A stretch of 32,000 nt of DNA from Methanothermobacter marburgensis str. Marburg (GTDB taxonomy: Archaea > Methanobacteriota > Methanobacteria > Methanobacteriales > Methanothermobacteraceae). Positions 1 to 8,389 of the stretch are shown here, in pieces (the first letter of the stretch is position 1; every line of letters starts with the position of its first letter). Position numbers and translations under genes: made by a program. The stretch is from positions 900,001-932,000 of the forward strand of contig NC_014408.1 of the NCBI RefSeq assembly GCF_000145295.1, read 5' to 3'. The notes under the pieces are model-generated. The model ran no database searches and was not told the DNA's origin. It was given only the letters and a program-made list of their open reading frames with translations.

Positions 1-58
1 CCCCTTAATTTACCAATCATTCACGCGTTTTTCCAATACTGAAAAATGGAAAGCTCAG

Positions 59-78
59 AAAAATTAATTTATTAAAAA
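59..78 (-). terminator. Candidate oligo-T terminators downstream of the PHP gene
   Basis: The minus strand reads two T5 runs (plus-strand A5 at 59-63 and 74-78). They lie 8-27 nt after the stop at 86-88. Archaeal termination typically uses oligo-T. Confidence 0.4.
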
Positions 79-85
79 TAATAGC

Positions 86-751
86 TCATATAATGCCATT
101 ACCCTTAAGAAGTTTCCTGGGGTTCTTAACAAGGGCTTCCTCAACCTCTGATTCATCGAGTCCAGCTCCAAGACCCACGCGGCGTGCCATGTCATAGTCA
201 AGGAGGTCACCAGGTGCATGGGTGTCGGTGTCAATGACAACTGGAACCCCAACCTCACGGGCAACACCTGCAACATGCCCGTTACCCAGGCAGTGCCCCT
301 TCCTTGCGCTTAGCTCAAGTGTAACACCATTCTCACGGGCAAGTTCAGCATCATCCACCGTTATGAGGCCAGGGTGGGCCAGTATATCAACCTCCGGGCA
401 GCTAACAGCCACATGATTGGTGCCGGGAATCACAGGTTCAACGATTGTTTCCCCGTGCACAACTATGATCTCAGCCCCCAGGCCCCTTGCCCTCACTGCA
501 AGCTTTTCAATTATCTCAACAGGCGCATGTGTTATCTCAGCCCCCGGTATGACCCTGATGTCCCAGTTATCTCCGATATCCTCAACCGCGTCTATTAGGG
601 ATGTTATGGTGTTTATATTCGAGGCGTCTATGTGGTCTGTGATGGCTATGGCCTCATGTCCCAGGACACATGCCCTCCTTGCAAGTTCAGATGGCAGGAG
701 CTCACCGTCACTCAGGAGGCTGTGGGTGTGAAGATCGATCCTCTTTCTGAT
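86..751 (-). CDS. PHP-domain metal-dependent phosphoesterase (histidinol-phosphatase-like, COG1387-type)
   Basis: The in-frame translation upstream of the listed 86..496 ORF continues as [17 protein letters not shown]...AIAITDHID...GAEITH, followed by [11 protein letters not shown]...DTDTH. These are the typical PHP His/Asp motifs. There is no ATG/GTG/TTG between the in-frame TAA (766..764) and the DLHTHS motif. An AAGGAGG box (765..759) sits 7 nt before ATC 751..749, so the start codon is unresolved. Confidence 0.7.
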   Translation of the reverse strand: MRKRIDLHTHSLLSDGELLPSELARRACVLGHEAIAITDHIDASNINTITSLIDAVEDIGDNWDIRVIPGAEITHAPVEIIEKLAVRARGLGAEIIVVHGETIVEPVIPGTNHVAVSCPEVDILAHPGLITVDDAELARENGVTLELSARKGHCLGNGHVAGVAREVGVPVVIDTDTHAPGDLLDYDMARRVGLGAGLDESEVEEALVKNPRKLLKGNGII

Positions 752-832
752 GTCAGGTCCTCCTTAAAAATCATTATATTTATGTTACAATATACCAGTG
801 AACAGTTAGAGTATGTCCAGGGAAGTATTTAA

Positions 833-1687
833 ATGAAGCCCTCAGTCTTTGTCCCAGCACATATAACCGGATTCTTTGAGGTTGTAAGGGTCGATGATCC
901 CCTGAGAACAGGTTCCAGGGGCGCCGGGGTCGTCCTTGACCGTGGAGTTGAAACCTCCATAAAGGTCAGGGGTTCCGAAGATAAAACGGTTGTAAGGGTC
1001 AACGGAAAGAAAGAAAACGGGGAATCAGTTAGCCTGCGTTCCCTTGAAATACTAAGGGAAATAACAGGATTCAGGGAGGGTGTGAGCATACACCACAGGG
1101 TTGATGTCCCCATAGGGTGTGGTTTCGGGGCATCCGCGGCCTGCGCCCTGGGAAGTGTCCTTGCAGTTGTAAGGGAACTTGAACTCCCTGTCACGGTCAA
1201 CACTGCAGGTTCAGTGGCCCACAGGGCCGAGGTGGAACTTGGAACAGGACTGGGGGACCTGATAGCCGAGATGACCGGCGGGATAGTCATAAGAACCAGG
1301 GAGGGCCCGCCTGGATACGGGAGGACAGACCGGATCACTGACAGGGGCCTCTATGTCTTAACAGAGACCCTTGGGGAGCTTGACACGGCATCGGTCATCC
1401 GTGATGAAACAAAGGTTGGGGAGATAAACCGGATGGGTGCCGGGATGATCCGGAGACTCCTCAGGGAGCCGACACCTAGGATGTTCATGGAACTCTCCCG
1501 TGAGTTTGCCACAGGAACCTCACTCATAACCCCTGAACTCAGAGAACCCCTGGAGGCCCTCTCTGAGGGGACGCTGGGGGCATCCATGGCGATGCTGGGT
1601 AACACGGTATTCGCCCTGTCAGAAGACCCTGATGCCGGGGGCGATGATGTGTATGGAATTGACTTTTCAGGTGCAAGGTTTCTGTGA
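833..1687 (+). CDS. GHMP-family kinase, probable archaeal pantoate kinase (CoA biosynthesis)
   Basis: 284 aa. It carries the N-terminal PAHITGFF motif and the GHMP motif II PIGCGFGASAACALG. Size and motifs fit the COG1829 pantoate kinase family. Confidence 0.65.
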   Translation: MKPSVFVPAHITGFFEVVRVDDPLRTGSRGAGVVLDRGVETSIKVRGSEDKTVVRVNGKKENGESVSLRSLEILREITGFREGVSIHHRVDVPIGCGFGASAACALGSVLAVVRELELPVTVNTAGSVAHRAEVELGTGLGDLIAEMTGGIVIRTREGPPGYGRTDRITDRGLYVLTETLGELDTASVIRDETKVGEINRMGAGMIRRLLREPTPRMFMELSREFATGTSLITPELREPLEALSEGTLGASMAMLGNTVFALSEDPDAGGDDVYGIDFSGARFL

Positions 1688-1860
1688 TGCTGGAGTTAAA
1701 GTGTAGAAGACCATCTGGGGGGGTTTTATGGGTGATAATGAACATATCTGTGGATTTAGGGGGAAAATACTTTAAATTAAAAGATTATATTAATCACTGT
1801 TCCCATCTCTGCATCAGGGGCCCCTGATGAATTGTGTTAAGGGAATGGTCAGGTGAAGCC

Positions 1861-2421
1861 ATGATAAGACTGGTATATGATATAAACATCTACCGGGACG
1901 TCCTCAGGGAGGTCCTGAGGCCCGGGGATACCGTTGTTGAACTGGGGTGTCACATAGGAAACTCAACACGCATAATATCTGACCTTGTGCAGGAGGGCAG
2001 GGTGGTGGCGGTTGATAACAGCCCAGAGGCGGTTGATGTTATGGAGGCCCTGAGCAGGGAGAGGGATAATGTTGAATTCATATCTGGGGATGTTCGCCTC
2101 CATGAAACCCTTGAAGAGGTCTGCAGTATGATTGAATCCTGTGATGTGCTCAGCGTTGACCTTGGAGGGGGTTATCATCCAGATACAACCTTCAAGGTGT
2201 ACTTCATATGGTCATCCACACTCAAACCAGGGGCCTCAATCATAAGGAACCGGGGCCTCCTGGACTTTGTATGCTCATCCATCACCGAAGAGTCATTCAC
2301 CTCAGGGTATGGATGGCTTGAGTCAAGTGGGGACGCTGGAATCCCACCAAGGCTCAGGGAATTTAAACTCTGGTCCAGTAAAATCTACAAGGAGGGTGCC
2401 CATGATAGGCAAAAGGATTAG
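1861..2421 (+). CDS. Small SAM-dependent methyltransferase-like protein
   Basis: A motif I-like [12 protein letters not shown] is followed by RVVAVDNSP (acidic residue at the end of beta-2). I chose the ATG at 1861 (MIRLVYD) over the GTG at 1834. The 3' end overlaps the aroA' start by 20 nt. Confidence 0.5.
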   Translation: MIRLVYDINIYRDVLREVLRPGDTVVELGCHIGNSTRIISDLVQEGRVVAVDNSPEAVDVMEALSRERDNVEFISGDVRLHETLEEVCSMIESCDVLSVDLGGGYHPDTTFKVYFIWSSTLKPGASIIRNRGLLDFVCSSITEESFTSGYGWLESSGDAGIPPRLREFKLWSSKIYKEGAHDRQKD

Positions 2422-3202
2422 AATTGAGAGGATAATCAACAGAAAGACGGACAGGACTGTCATAGTACCCCTTGACCATGGGGTCTCAATTGGACCCGTT
2501 AAGGGGATAATAGACATGGCAGGGACCATTGATGAGGTGGCAAGCGGAGGAGCCAACGCCGTCCTCATGCACAAGGGGATGGTGAGGAGCGGACACAGGG
2601 GGTACGGGAGGGACATAGGCCTCATAATACACCTCTCCGCAAGCACGGGACTCGGCCCTGACCCCAACCATAAGGTGCTTGTCACCTCGGTTGAGAAGGC
2701 CCTCAAGCTGGGCGCCGATGCAGTATCAGTCCACGTGAACGTGGGATCCGAGAGGGAGCCCGAGATGCTCATAAAGCTCGGTACCGTGGCTGAGATCTGT
2801 GACGACTGGGGAATGCCACTCATAGCCATGATGTACCCCAGGGGTGACAGGATAAAGGACGAGCACGACCCTGAGGTTGTTAAGCTTGCAGCACGTGCAG
2901 GTGCAGAGCTGGGTGCAGATATAATAAAGACCAACTACACCGGTGACCCTGACACCTTCAGGGAGGTTGTGAAGGGCTGCCCTGTCCCTGTGGTGATAGC
3001 TGGGGGCCCGAAGATTGAGACAGAGGAGGAACTCCTCCAGATGGTCAGGGACTCCGTAGATGCAGGCGGTGCCGGTGTAGCCATTGGAAGGAACATCTTC
3101 CAGGCCGATTCCCCGGCAGATATGACCCGGGCCATTGCAGGTATAGTCCATGACGGCCTTGAAGTTGAGGATGCCGTCAGGATACTCAGGGGTGGCGACT
3201 GA
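2402..3202 (+). CDS. aroA': 2-amino-3,7-dideoxy-D-threo-hept-6-ulosonate synthase (DhnA-type class I aldolase family)
   Basis: Family motifs are present: [32 protein letters not shown] (Schiff-base Lys region) and [22 protein letters not shown] box precedes ATG 2402. The gene lies directly upstream of DHQ synthase II. Confidence 0.85.
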   Translation: MIGKRIRIERIINRKTDRTVIVPLDHGVSIGPVKGIIDMAGTIDEVASGGANAVLMHKGMVRSGHRGYGRDIGLIIHLSASTGLGPDPNHKVLVTSVEKALKLGADAVSVHVNVGSEREPEMLIKLGTVAEICDDWGMPLIAMMYPRGDRIKDEHDPEVVKLAARAGAELGADIIKTNYTGDPDTFREVVKGCPVPVVIAGGPKIETEEELLQMVRDSVDAGGAGVAIGRNIFQADSPADMTRAIAGIVHDGLEVEDAVRILRGGD

Positions 3203-3203
3203 G

Positions 3204-4328
3204 ATGAAATTCGCATGGCTGATGGCCCCCGACACCTACTGGGATGAGAAGAAGGCCTTCATAACAGCAGCCCTCGAATCAGGGATAGACCACATAGTGG
3301 ACACCTCTGATGCCGAGAGGATAAAGAAGCTTGGAAGCCTAACTCTGATATCACCTGAGGAAGAGGCAGACATAGTACTCATTGGAAAGGATGGGGAGGG
3401 CGACGGAACCCTGGAACTCCCCGAGACCCTTGATTACTCAAGGGACCTTGAAATGGCAGCTGAGCTTAAATCCGGGGGTAAGGAGGTTGCGGCCTACGTT
3501 GAGATAAGGAGCAAGGCCCACGAGGAACTTGCAAGGAAACTGGGCCGTATCGTGGACTACCTCATACTCGTGGGTGAGGACTGGAAGATCATCCCCCTTG
3601 AGAACATAATAGCGGATCTCCAGGAAGAGGACGTTAAACTGGTCGCGGCGGTGGCAGATGCCGATGAGGCGAGGGTTGCCCTTGAAACCCTTGAACATGG
3701 AACCGACGGTGTGCTCATAGAACCGGTGGACATCTCACAGATAAAGGCCATAGCAGAGCTCCTCGAGGAGATTGAAAGTGAAACCTATGAACTCAAGTCC
3801 GCCACGGTAACCAGGGTTGAGCCCCTGGGCTCCGGTGACAGGGTCTGCGTGGACACCTGCTCAATGATGGACGTCGGTGAGGGTATGCTGGTGGGCAGCT
3901 ACTCACAGGGTCTCTTCCTGGTGCACAGCGAGTCCCTTGAAAGCGAGTATGTGGCTTCAAGGCCCTTCCGCGTGAACGCCGGGCCTGTCCAGGCCTACGT
4001 CATGATACCCGGTGGCAGGACAAAGTACCTCTCTGAACTTGAAACCGGGGATGAGGTCCTTATCGTTGACCGGAATGGGAGGTCAAGGACCGCGGTTGTC
4101 GGCCGGGTTAAGATCGAGAAGAGGCCCCTGATGCTTGTTGAGGCAGAGTACGAGGGCGTGAAGGTGAGGACACTCCTGCAGAACGCCGAGACAATAAGGC
4201 TGGTGAATGATAGGGGTGAGCCTGTATCTGTGAGTGAGCTCAGTGAGGGTGATAAGGTACTTGTCTACTTTGAGGACTCTGCAAGGCACTTCGGTATGGC
4301 CATAACAGAGACCATAATCGAGAAATGA
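3204..4328 (+). CDS. aroB': 3-dehydroquinate synthase II (archaeal type)
   Basis: It starts MKFAWLMAP one nt after the aroA' stop. It is 374 aa, and its length and N-terminus are typical of the DHQ synthase II family. It is paired with aroA' as in other methanogens. Confidence 0.85.
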   Translation: MKFAWLMAPDTYWDEKKAFITAALESGIDHIVDTSDAERIKKLGSLTLISPEEEADIVLIGKDGEGDGTLELPETLDYSRDLEMAAELKSGGKEVAAYVEIRSKAHEELARKLGRIVDYLILVGEDWKIIPLENIIADLQEEDVKLVAAVADADEARVALETLEHGTDGVLIEPVDISQIKAIAELLEEIESETYELKSATVTRVEPLGSGDRVCVDTCSMMDVGEGMLVGSYSQGLFLVHSESLESEYVASRPFRVNAGPVQAYVMIPGGRTKYLSELETGDEVLIVDRNGRSRTAVVGRVKIEKRPLMLVEAEYEGVKVRTLLQNAETIRLVNDRGEPVSVSELSEGDKVLVYFEDSARHFGMAITETIIEK

Positions 4329-5314
4329 GTAGATTGGTGTTGAATCACCATCATCAATTCATCACCCCCAGATGGGATATTATGTACAGCGTGAGGCTCA
4401 TAACGCCCGGGGAAAAGGATGAAATCCTGGCTGAACTCTCCAGACTCAGACTCTTTGAGAGGAAGGCCAGCCTCCATGGGGCCTGCGTCAAGCTCCTCAC
4501 AGATGACGTGTCATTCAAGGAGGAGTGGGAGGACAACTTCAGATTCATGAGCGAAGATGTGAGGCCTCATGCAAAGGTATTTGCTGTGTCAGATGGTGGT
4601 GACCTGGAGGTTCTCTACGAGGCAAATTCAAAGACAGTCATAATCAAAAACTGTGACTACTATGGCTGGGTTAAGAGCATAGCCCTTGCAGCGGTTGCCG
4701 ACTTCTTTGAGGAGTACCATTCAGAGCACCGCCGCTACTCGGTCCATGGTTCAGCCCTCGACCGTGAAGGGGCTGGACTTGCGATCATAGGGCCGCCGGG
4801 TACAGGTAAGACGACCCTCACCTACGGTCTGCTCCTAGATGGGGCCTACAGTTATGTTTCAGATGACTGGTTCTTCACCCGCCTACTTGAGAACGGGGTC
4901 CTCGTTTATGCATCTGAGAAGAACTCCTACATCCGGGACGATATAGGGATGGTGTGGAAGGAGTACTCCTCCCTCCTGGAATCTGTGAAACTGGATGCCA
5001 GATCCAGGGGGGTTGCAGATGTTGGGATGCTCTTCGGGGGGCGGATAAGGGAGTCCACCACACTCAAAAGGGTCGTTCTCCTTGAGAGAAACCCTGATAA
5101 CCCCCCAATGAGGAGGCTGGATCCAGAGGAGGGTCTGAAGTACCTGCTGGAAAATGACTTCTGCAACCCCCACCAGCTTGTAAGGGATGAGAGAAAGATG
5201 GGGCTCCGCAGGAGGTTCTTCAGTGAACTCCTGGGCAGGGTGGAACTCCATATACTCAACACCATTGAAACACCGGCCAGGAGCCTTGAAAGGCTGAAAA
5301 AACTTGACAGGTAA
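4325..5314 (+). CDS. Uncharacterised HprK-C/PEPCK-fold P-loop protein
   Basis: HGSALDREGAGLAIIGPPGTGKTTLTYGLLLDG...YVSDDW matches the HPr kinase C-terminal pattern (HG..v...G.GvLi.G.sG.GKs...L...g..lv.DD). ATG 4325 overlaps the aroB' stop (ATGA). An alternative ATG lies at 4382. Confidence 0.6.
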   Translation: MSRLVLNHHHQFITPRWDIMYSVRLITPGEKDEILAELSRLRLFERKASLHGACVKLLTDDVSFKEEWEDNFRFMSEDVRPHAKVFAVSDGGDLEVLYEANSKTVIIKNCDYYGWVKSIALAAVADFFEEYHSEHRRYSVHGSALDREGAGLAIIGPPGTGKTTLTYGLLLDGAYSYVSDDWFFTRLLENGVLVYASEKNSYIRDDIGMVWKEYSSLLESVKLDARSRGVADVGMLFGGRIRESTTLKRVVLLERNPDNPPMRRLDPEEGLKYLLENDFCNPHQLVRDERKMGLRRRFFSELLGRVELHILNTIETPARSLERLKKLDR

Positions 5315-5332
5315 TACACGGAGGATCATGAA

Positions 5333-5887
5333 ATGAAGGTCAGGGCCTTCCTTGCAGTTGATGTTGACGATGAATTAAGGGAAAGGGTGTGTGAGATACA
5401 GGATATCCTGAGGGGCGCCGATGCCCAGATAAAGTTCGTTGAACCTGAGAACCTCCACTTCACCCTGAAATTCTTCGGTGATGTGGGTGAGGGCAAACTG
5501 AGGAGGATAAGGGGGATAGTTGAGGAAACCCTGAAGGGTTATGAACCATTCGACCTTCACGTGATGGGGGCAGGTGTCTTCCCCAGCCCACGCTACATCC
5601 GGGTGGTGTGGCTTGGTGTTGAAAACCCGGGGGTATTCTCAGAGCTGCAGAGGAACCTGGACATGGAATTTGCCAGGATAGGATTCCGGAAGGAAAGGGA
5701 GTACGTGCCCCACCTGACCATCGGGCGGGTCAAGGGTCCGAGGAACCGTGAGAAACTTGCAGCCCTGATAGATGAGCTTGAGAATGTGGACGCCGGCACC
5801 CTCAGGGTTGACAGGGTCTCACTTAAAAGGAGTGATCTCACACCGGAGGGACCCGTCTACAGTGACCTTGAGGTCTTCAGAATCTGA
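5333..5887 (+). CDS. thpR: 2H-phosphoesterase: RNA 2',3'-cyclic phosphodiesterase / 2'-5' RNA ligase family
   Basis: It has two H-x-T-x motifs (HFTLKF and HLTIGR) at the expected spacing. It is 184 aa. Confidence 0.85.
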   Translation: MKVRAFLAVDVDDELRERVCEIQDILRGADAQIKFVEPENLHFTLKFFGDVGEGKLRRIRGIVEETLKGYEPFDLHVMGAGVFPSPRYIRVVWLGVENPGVFSELQRNLDMEFARIGFRKEREYVPHLTIGRVKGPRNREKLAALIDELENVDAGTLRVDRVSLKRSDLTPEGPVYSDLEVFRI

Positions 5888-5960
5888 TTAATTTTAATTG
5901 ATATGGTGGACATGCGACAGTGTGCACTGAGAGTATAAACGGATAACATGGTGAATAAAC

Positions 5961-7319
5961 ATGGACTACAGCGGGATACTTGAGAGTATAAAACCCGGAA
6001 GAGAAGAATATCAGCGGGTCATGGAATTATCAGAGAGCCTTGTTGAATGTATAAATGAACTCGCAGCGAGGATGGGGATCGATGCTGAGGCCTTCCTTGT
6101 GGGTTCAGTTGCCAAGGGGACCTGGCTCTCAGGCGGCGCCGACATCGACATATTCATCCACTTCCCCCTGGACACCCCCGAGGATGAACTGAAGGAGAAG
6201 GGCCTGAAACTCGGATACCTGTGCATAGAGATGTTCAGGGGAGAGGCCGAGGAGAGGTATGCGTCACACCCCTACGTTACAGGACACATAGATGGTTACG
6301 AGGTGGACTTCGTTCCCTGCTACAGGATATCCAATGCCTCAGAACTCAGATCCGCCGTTGACAGAACCATACTCCACACAGAGTATATCCAGAGGAACCT
6401 TAAGGGGGAGCAGATGGACGAGGTTCTTCTCCTCAAACAGTTCATGAAGTCAACAGGGACCTACGGATCCGAGTTCAGGGTTGGAGGGTTTGCAGGTTAC
6501 CTTGCAGAACTCCTTGTTCTCCACTACGGAAACTTCGAGGGGGTGCTTAAAGGCGCCCTCAGCTGGAGGCCCGGGTATATCATAGATCTCGAGGGTCATG
6601 GTACCTGTGGGGACTTCCAGGAGCCCCTCGTGGTGGTTGACCCTGTAGACAGGAACAGGAACGTTGCGGCGGCACTCACACTGCAGCGGATGGCTGAATT
6701 TGTAACTGCGGCCAGGAATTTCCTGAGGGACCCGAAACCCGAATACTTCAGGAAACCACATTACACCTCAGATCCCGGTGAAATACTTGAAACCATTGAA
6801 AAAAGGGGTTCAAAGGTCATCCTGGTATCCAGCGGGGTGCCTGATGTCCCGGCGGATGCCCTCTACCCCCAGCTCAGGAAGACCCTTGATTCCATCGTGA
6901 GGAACCTGGAGAATGAGGGATTCTCGGTTCTTGGGGCCGACTACTGGAGCGACGAATCAAGTGTCGCTGTCATGCTCATTGAAATGGAGGTCTGGGCGCT
7001 TCCATCCTACAGAAAGAGATACGGGCCCCCTGTCTGGTCCAGGCGGCACAGTGAGAGGTTCACAGAAAGGCATGAGAGGGTATGGGTTGAGGGCCCGAGG
7101 CTTGTTGTGGAATCCCCCAGGAGGGATAGAAACGCGGTTGATTACATTAAAAGGCTCCTATCAAAACCTGAAAGGCTCAAAATGGGAAAACACATACGCA
7201 AAGAACTGATAAATGGCTTCAGTGTTGATTTCCTTGAGAATACCCTTGGATCACTGGACCCTGAATTTCTTATGTTCCTTGACGCCTTCCTGAATCCCTG
7301 GAAGGCCATTAGAAGATGA
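5961..7319 (+). CDS. cca: CCA-adding enzyme (class I archaeal tRNA nucleotidyltransferase)
   Basis: It carries the class I nucleotidyltransferase signature GSVAKGTWLSGGADIDIF. At 452 aa it is typical of archaeal Cca. Confidence 0.9.
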   Translation: MDYSGILESIKPGREEYQRVMELSESLVECINELAARMGIDAEAFLVGSVAKGTWLSGGADIDIFIHFPLDTPEDELKEKGLKLGYLCIEMFRGEAEERYASHPYVTGHIDGYEVDFVPCYRISNASELRSAVDRTILHTEYIQRNLKGEQMDEVLLLKQFMKSTGTYGSEFRVGGFAGYLAELLVLHYGNFEGVLKGALSWRPGYIIDLEGHGTCGDFQEPLVVVDPVDRNRNVAAALTLQRMAEFVTAARNFLRDPKPEYFRKPHYTSDPGEILETIEKRGSKVILVSSGVPDVPADALYPQLRKTLDSIVRNLENEGFSVLGADYWSDESSVAVMLIEMEVWALPSYRKRYGPPVWSRRHSERFTERHERVWVEGPRLVVESPRRDRNAVDYIKRLLSKPERLKMGKHIRKELINGFSVDFLENTLGSLDPEFLMFLDAFLNPWKAIRR

Positions 7320-7321
7320 TA

Positions 7322-8389
7322 TTATGATTCCCTTTCATGAACAAATTTTGGAACGGCACTCTTAAGGGGATCAAATGTCTCAGGGTTCTTAACCTCCATG
7401 CATATCATGCTGACCTTCGAGTGGAGTGATGTGGGGAGCCTCAGTATCCTCTTGAGGTCAATTGTGACCTTGGCATCCACCATCTTCATGTTTATCCCTG
7501 CAACCCCAGCAACCAGCCGGGGGTAGACCCTTGGGCCTATCCTCCTCCTGAACTCCCCCCACCTGTCATCAGGGAGGAGGTCCCTGTTCTTCACAACTTC
7601 ACGGACCGTCCTTGCCGTGACATTCTCTATCCTCTCATCACCCCTCATGTGGAGGAAGACGTGCTTCGCCCTCTCTGTGAATACCCTGTGATACCCGAGG
7701 GGTATGGAGAAGTGTTCCATCTCATAGGATTCACCCCTGTGTGTGAATTTTCTCCTTGGCTGGCGTGCACCTGCTGTGTACCTGAGGATCTCCGCCCTCA
7801 CCTCTGATCCAAGTTCCATGACACCAGGGTCAAGGACCCTTATATGGTATCCCCTCCCCGAGTATACCACGTGCACGTCCCCCAGTCCAAGGTCACCCCT
7901 CAGGGTGTCAACCATCATGAGGACCAGTTCTTTTGCCTCATCAAGGCACCTCTCACATACACCCTCACAGTCACATGACCTCACAGGAAGGTCCTTGGCG
8001 TCCACGTCAAAGATGAGTTCAGATCGCTGCCAGCCCCTCCTCTTACCCGGCTCCCTGTAGAATGCAACGGAGGAGTAGGCTGCAAATGGAAACCTTGCCC
8101 TCATGAACCTTGAAAGGCGTTTCTCATCATCGAATACCCTGTACCTGTCGCTGGGGCCCCTGCCTGTATGGTCAAATCCAAACTCCCTCATATGGATGTT
8201 CCTGGCTATGAAGTCCGGGAGTTTCCTTACATCCCACTCTTCACGGTAGTATCTCTTCCTCTCAAGGGGTGTTGCAGCCTCAAAGATCCTATCAATCCTC
8301 CCCTTCCTGTTCTGACTTCCCCCTGTGGAGCTCCCACCTTTTCCTGTTGTAGTAGGTGAGGGGGTTGGTGATCCTCCTGCAGAGGTCAT
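7322..8389 (-). CDS. priS: DNA primase small (catalytic) subunit PriS
   Basis: Motifs present are REFGFDH, FDVDAKD (catalytic DxD) and SGRGYHIRV. The only canonical in-frame start is ATG 8389, which overlaps priL by 98 nt. Conserved sequence begins near residue 35, so the real start may be internal and non-canonical. Confidence 0.85.
   Translation of the reverse strand: MTSAGGSPTPSPTTTGKGGSSTGGSQNRKGRIDRIFEAATPLERKRYYREEWDVRKLPDFIARNIHMREFGFDHTGRGPSDRYRVFDDEKRLSRFMRARFPFAAYSSVAFYREPGKRRGWQRSELIFDVDAKDLPVRSCDCEGVCERCLDEAKELVLMMVDTLRGDLGLGDVHVVYSGRGYHIRVLDPGVMELGSEVRAEILRYTAGARQPRRKFTHRGESYEMEHFSIPLGYHRVFTERAKHVFLHMRGDERIENVTARTVREVVKNRDLLPDDRWGEFRRRIGPRVYPRLVAGVAGINMKMVDAKVTIDLKRILRLPTSLHSKVSMICMEVKNPETFDPLKSAVPKFVHERES

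Noticed and set aside
2267-2401. N-terminal extension of the aroA' ORF (track start 2267); likewise 3150..3203 for aroB' and 28782..28829 for proS
   Set aside because: The extensions overlap upstream genes or promoter elements and lack homology-like sequence. SD boxes and family-typical N-termini support the internal ATGs at 2402, 3204 and 28830.
829-2934. Long antisense ORFs 829..1338(-) and 2323..2934(-) opposite the pantoate kinase and aroA' genes
   Set aside because: These are shadow frames with the same low-complexity S/P/T/L composition. The opposite strands carry clear family motifs.
8153-8162. Additional GGGGCCCC(TG) occurrences inside priS (8153-8162) and a KaiC-like gene (about 16705-16714)
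   Set aside because: Both sit in coding sequence at Gly-Pro codons (GRGP, GGPPK). They are explained by protein sequence and not counted as regulatory sites.
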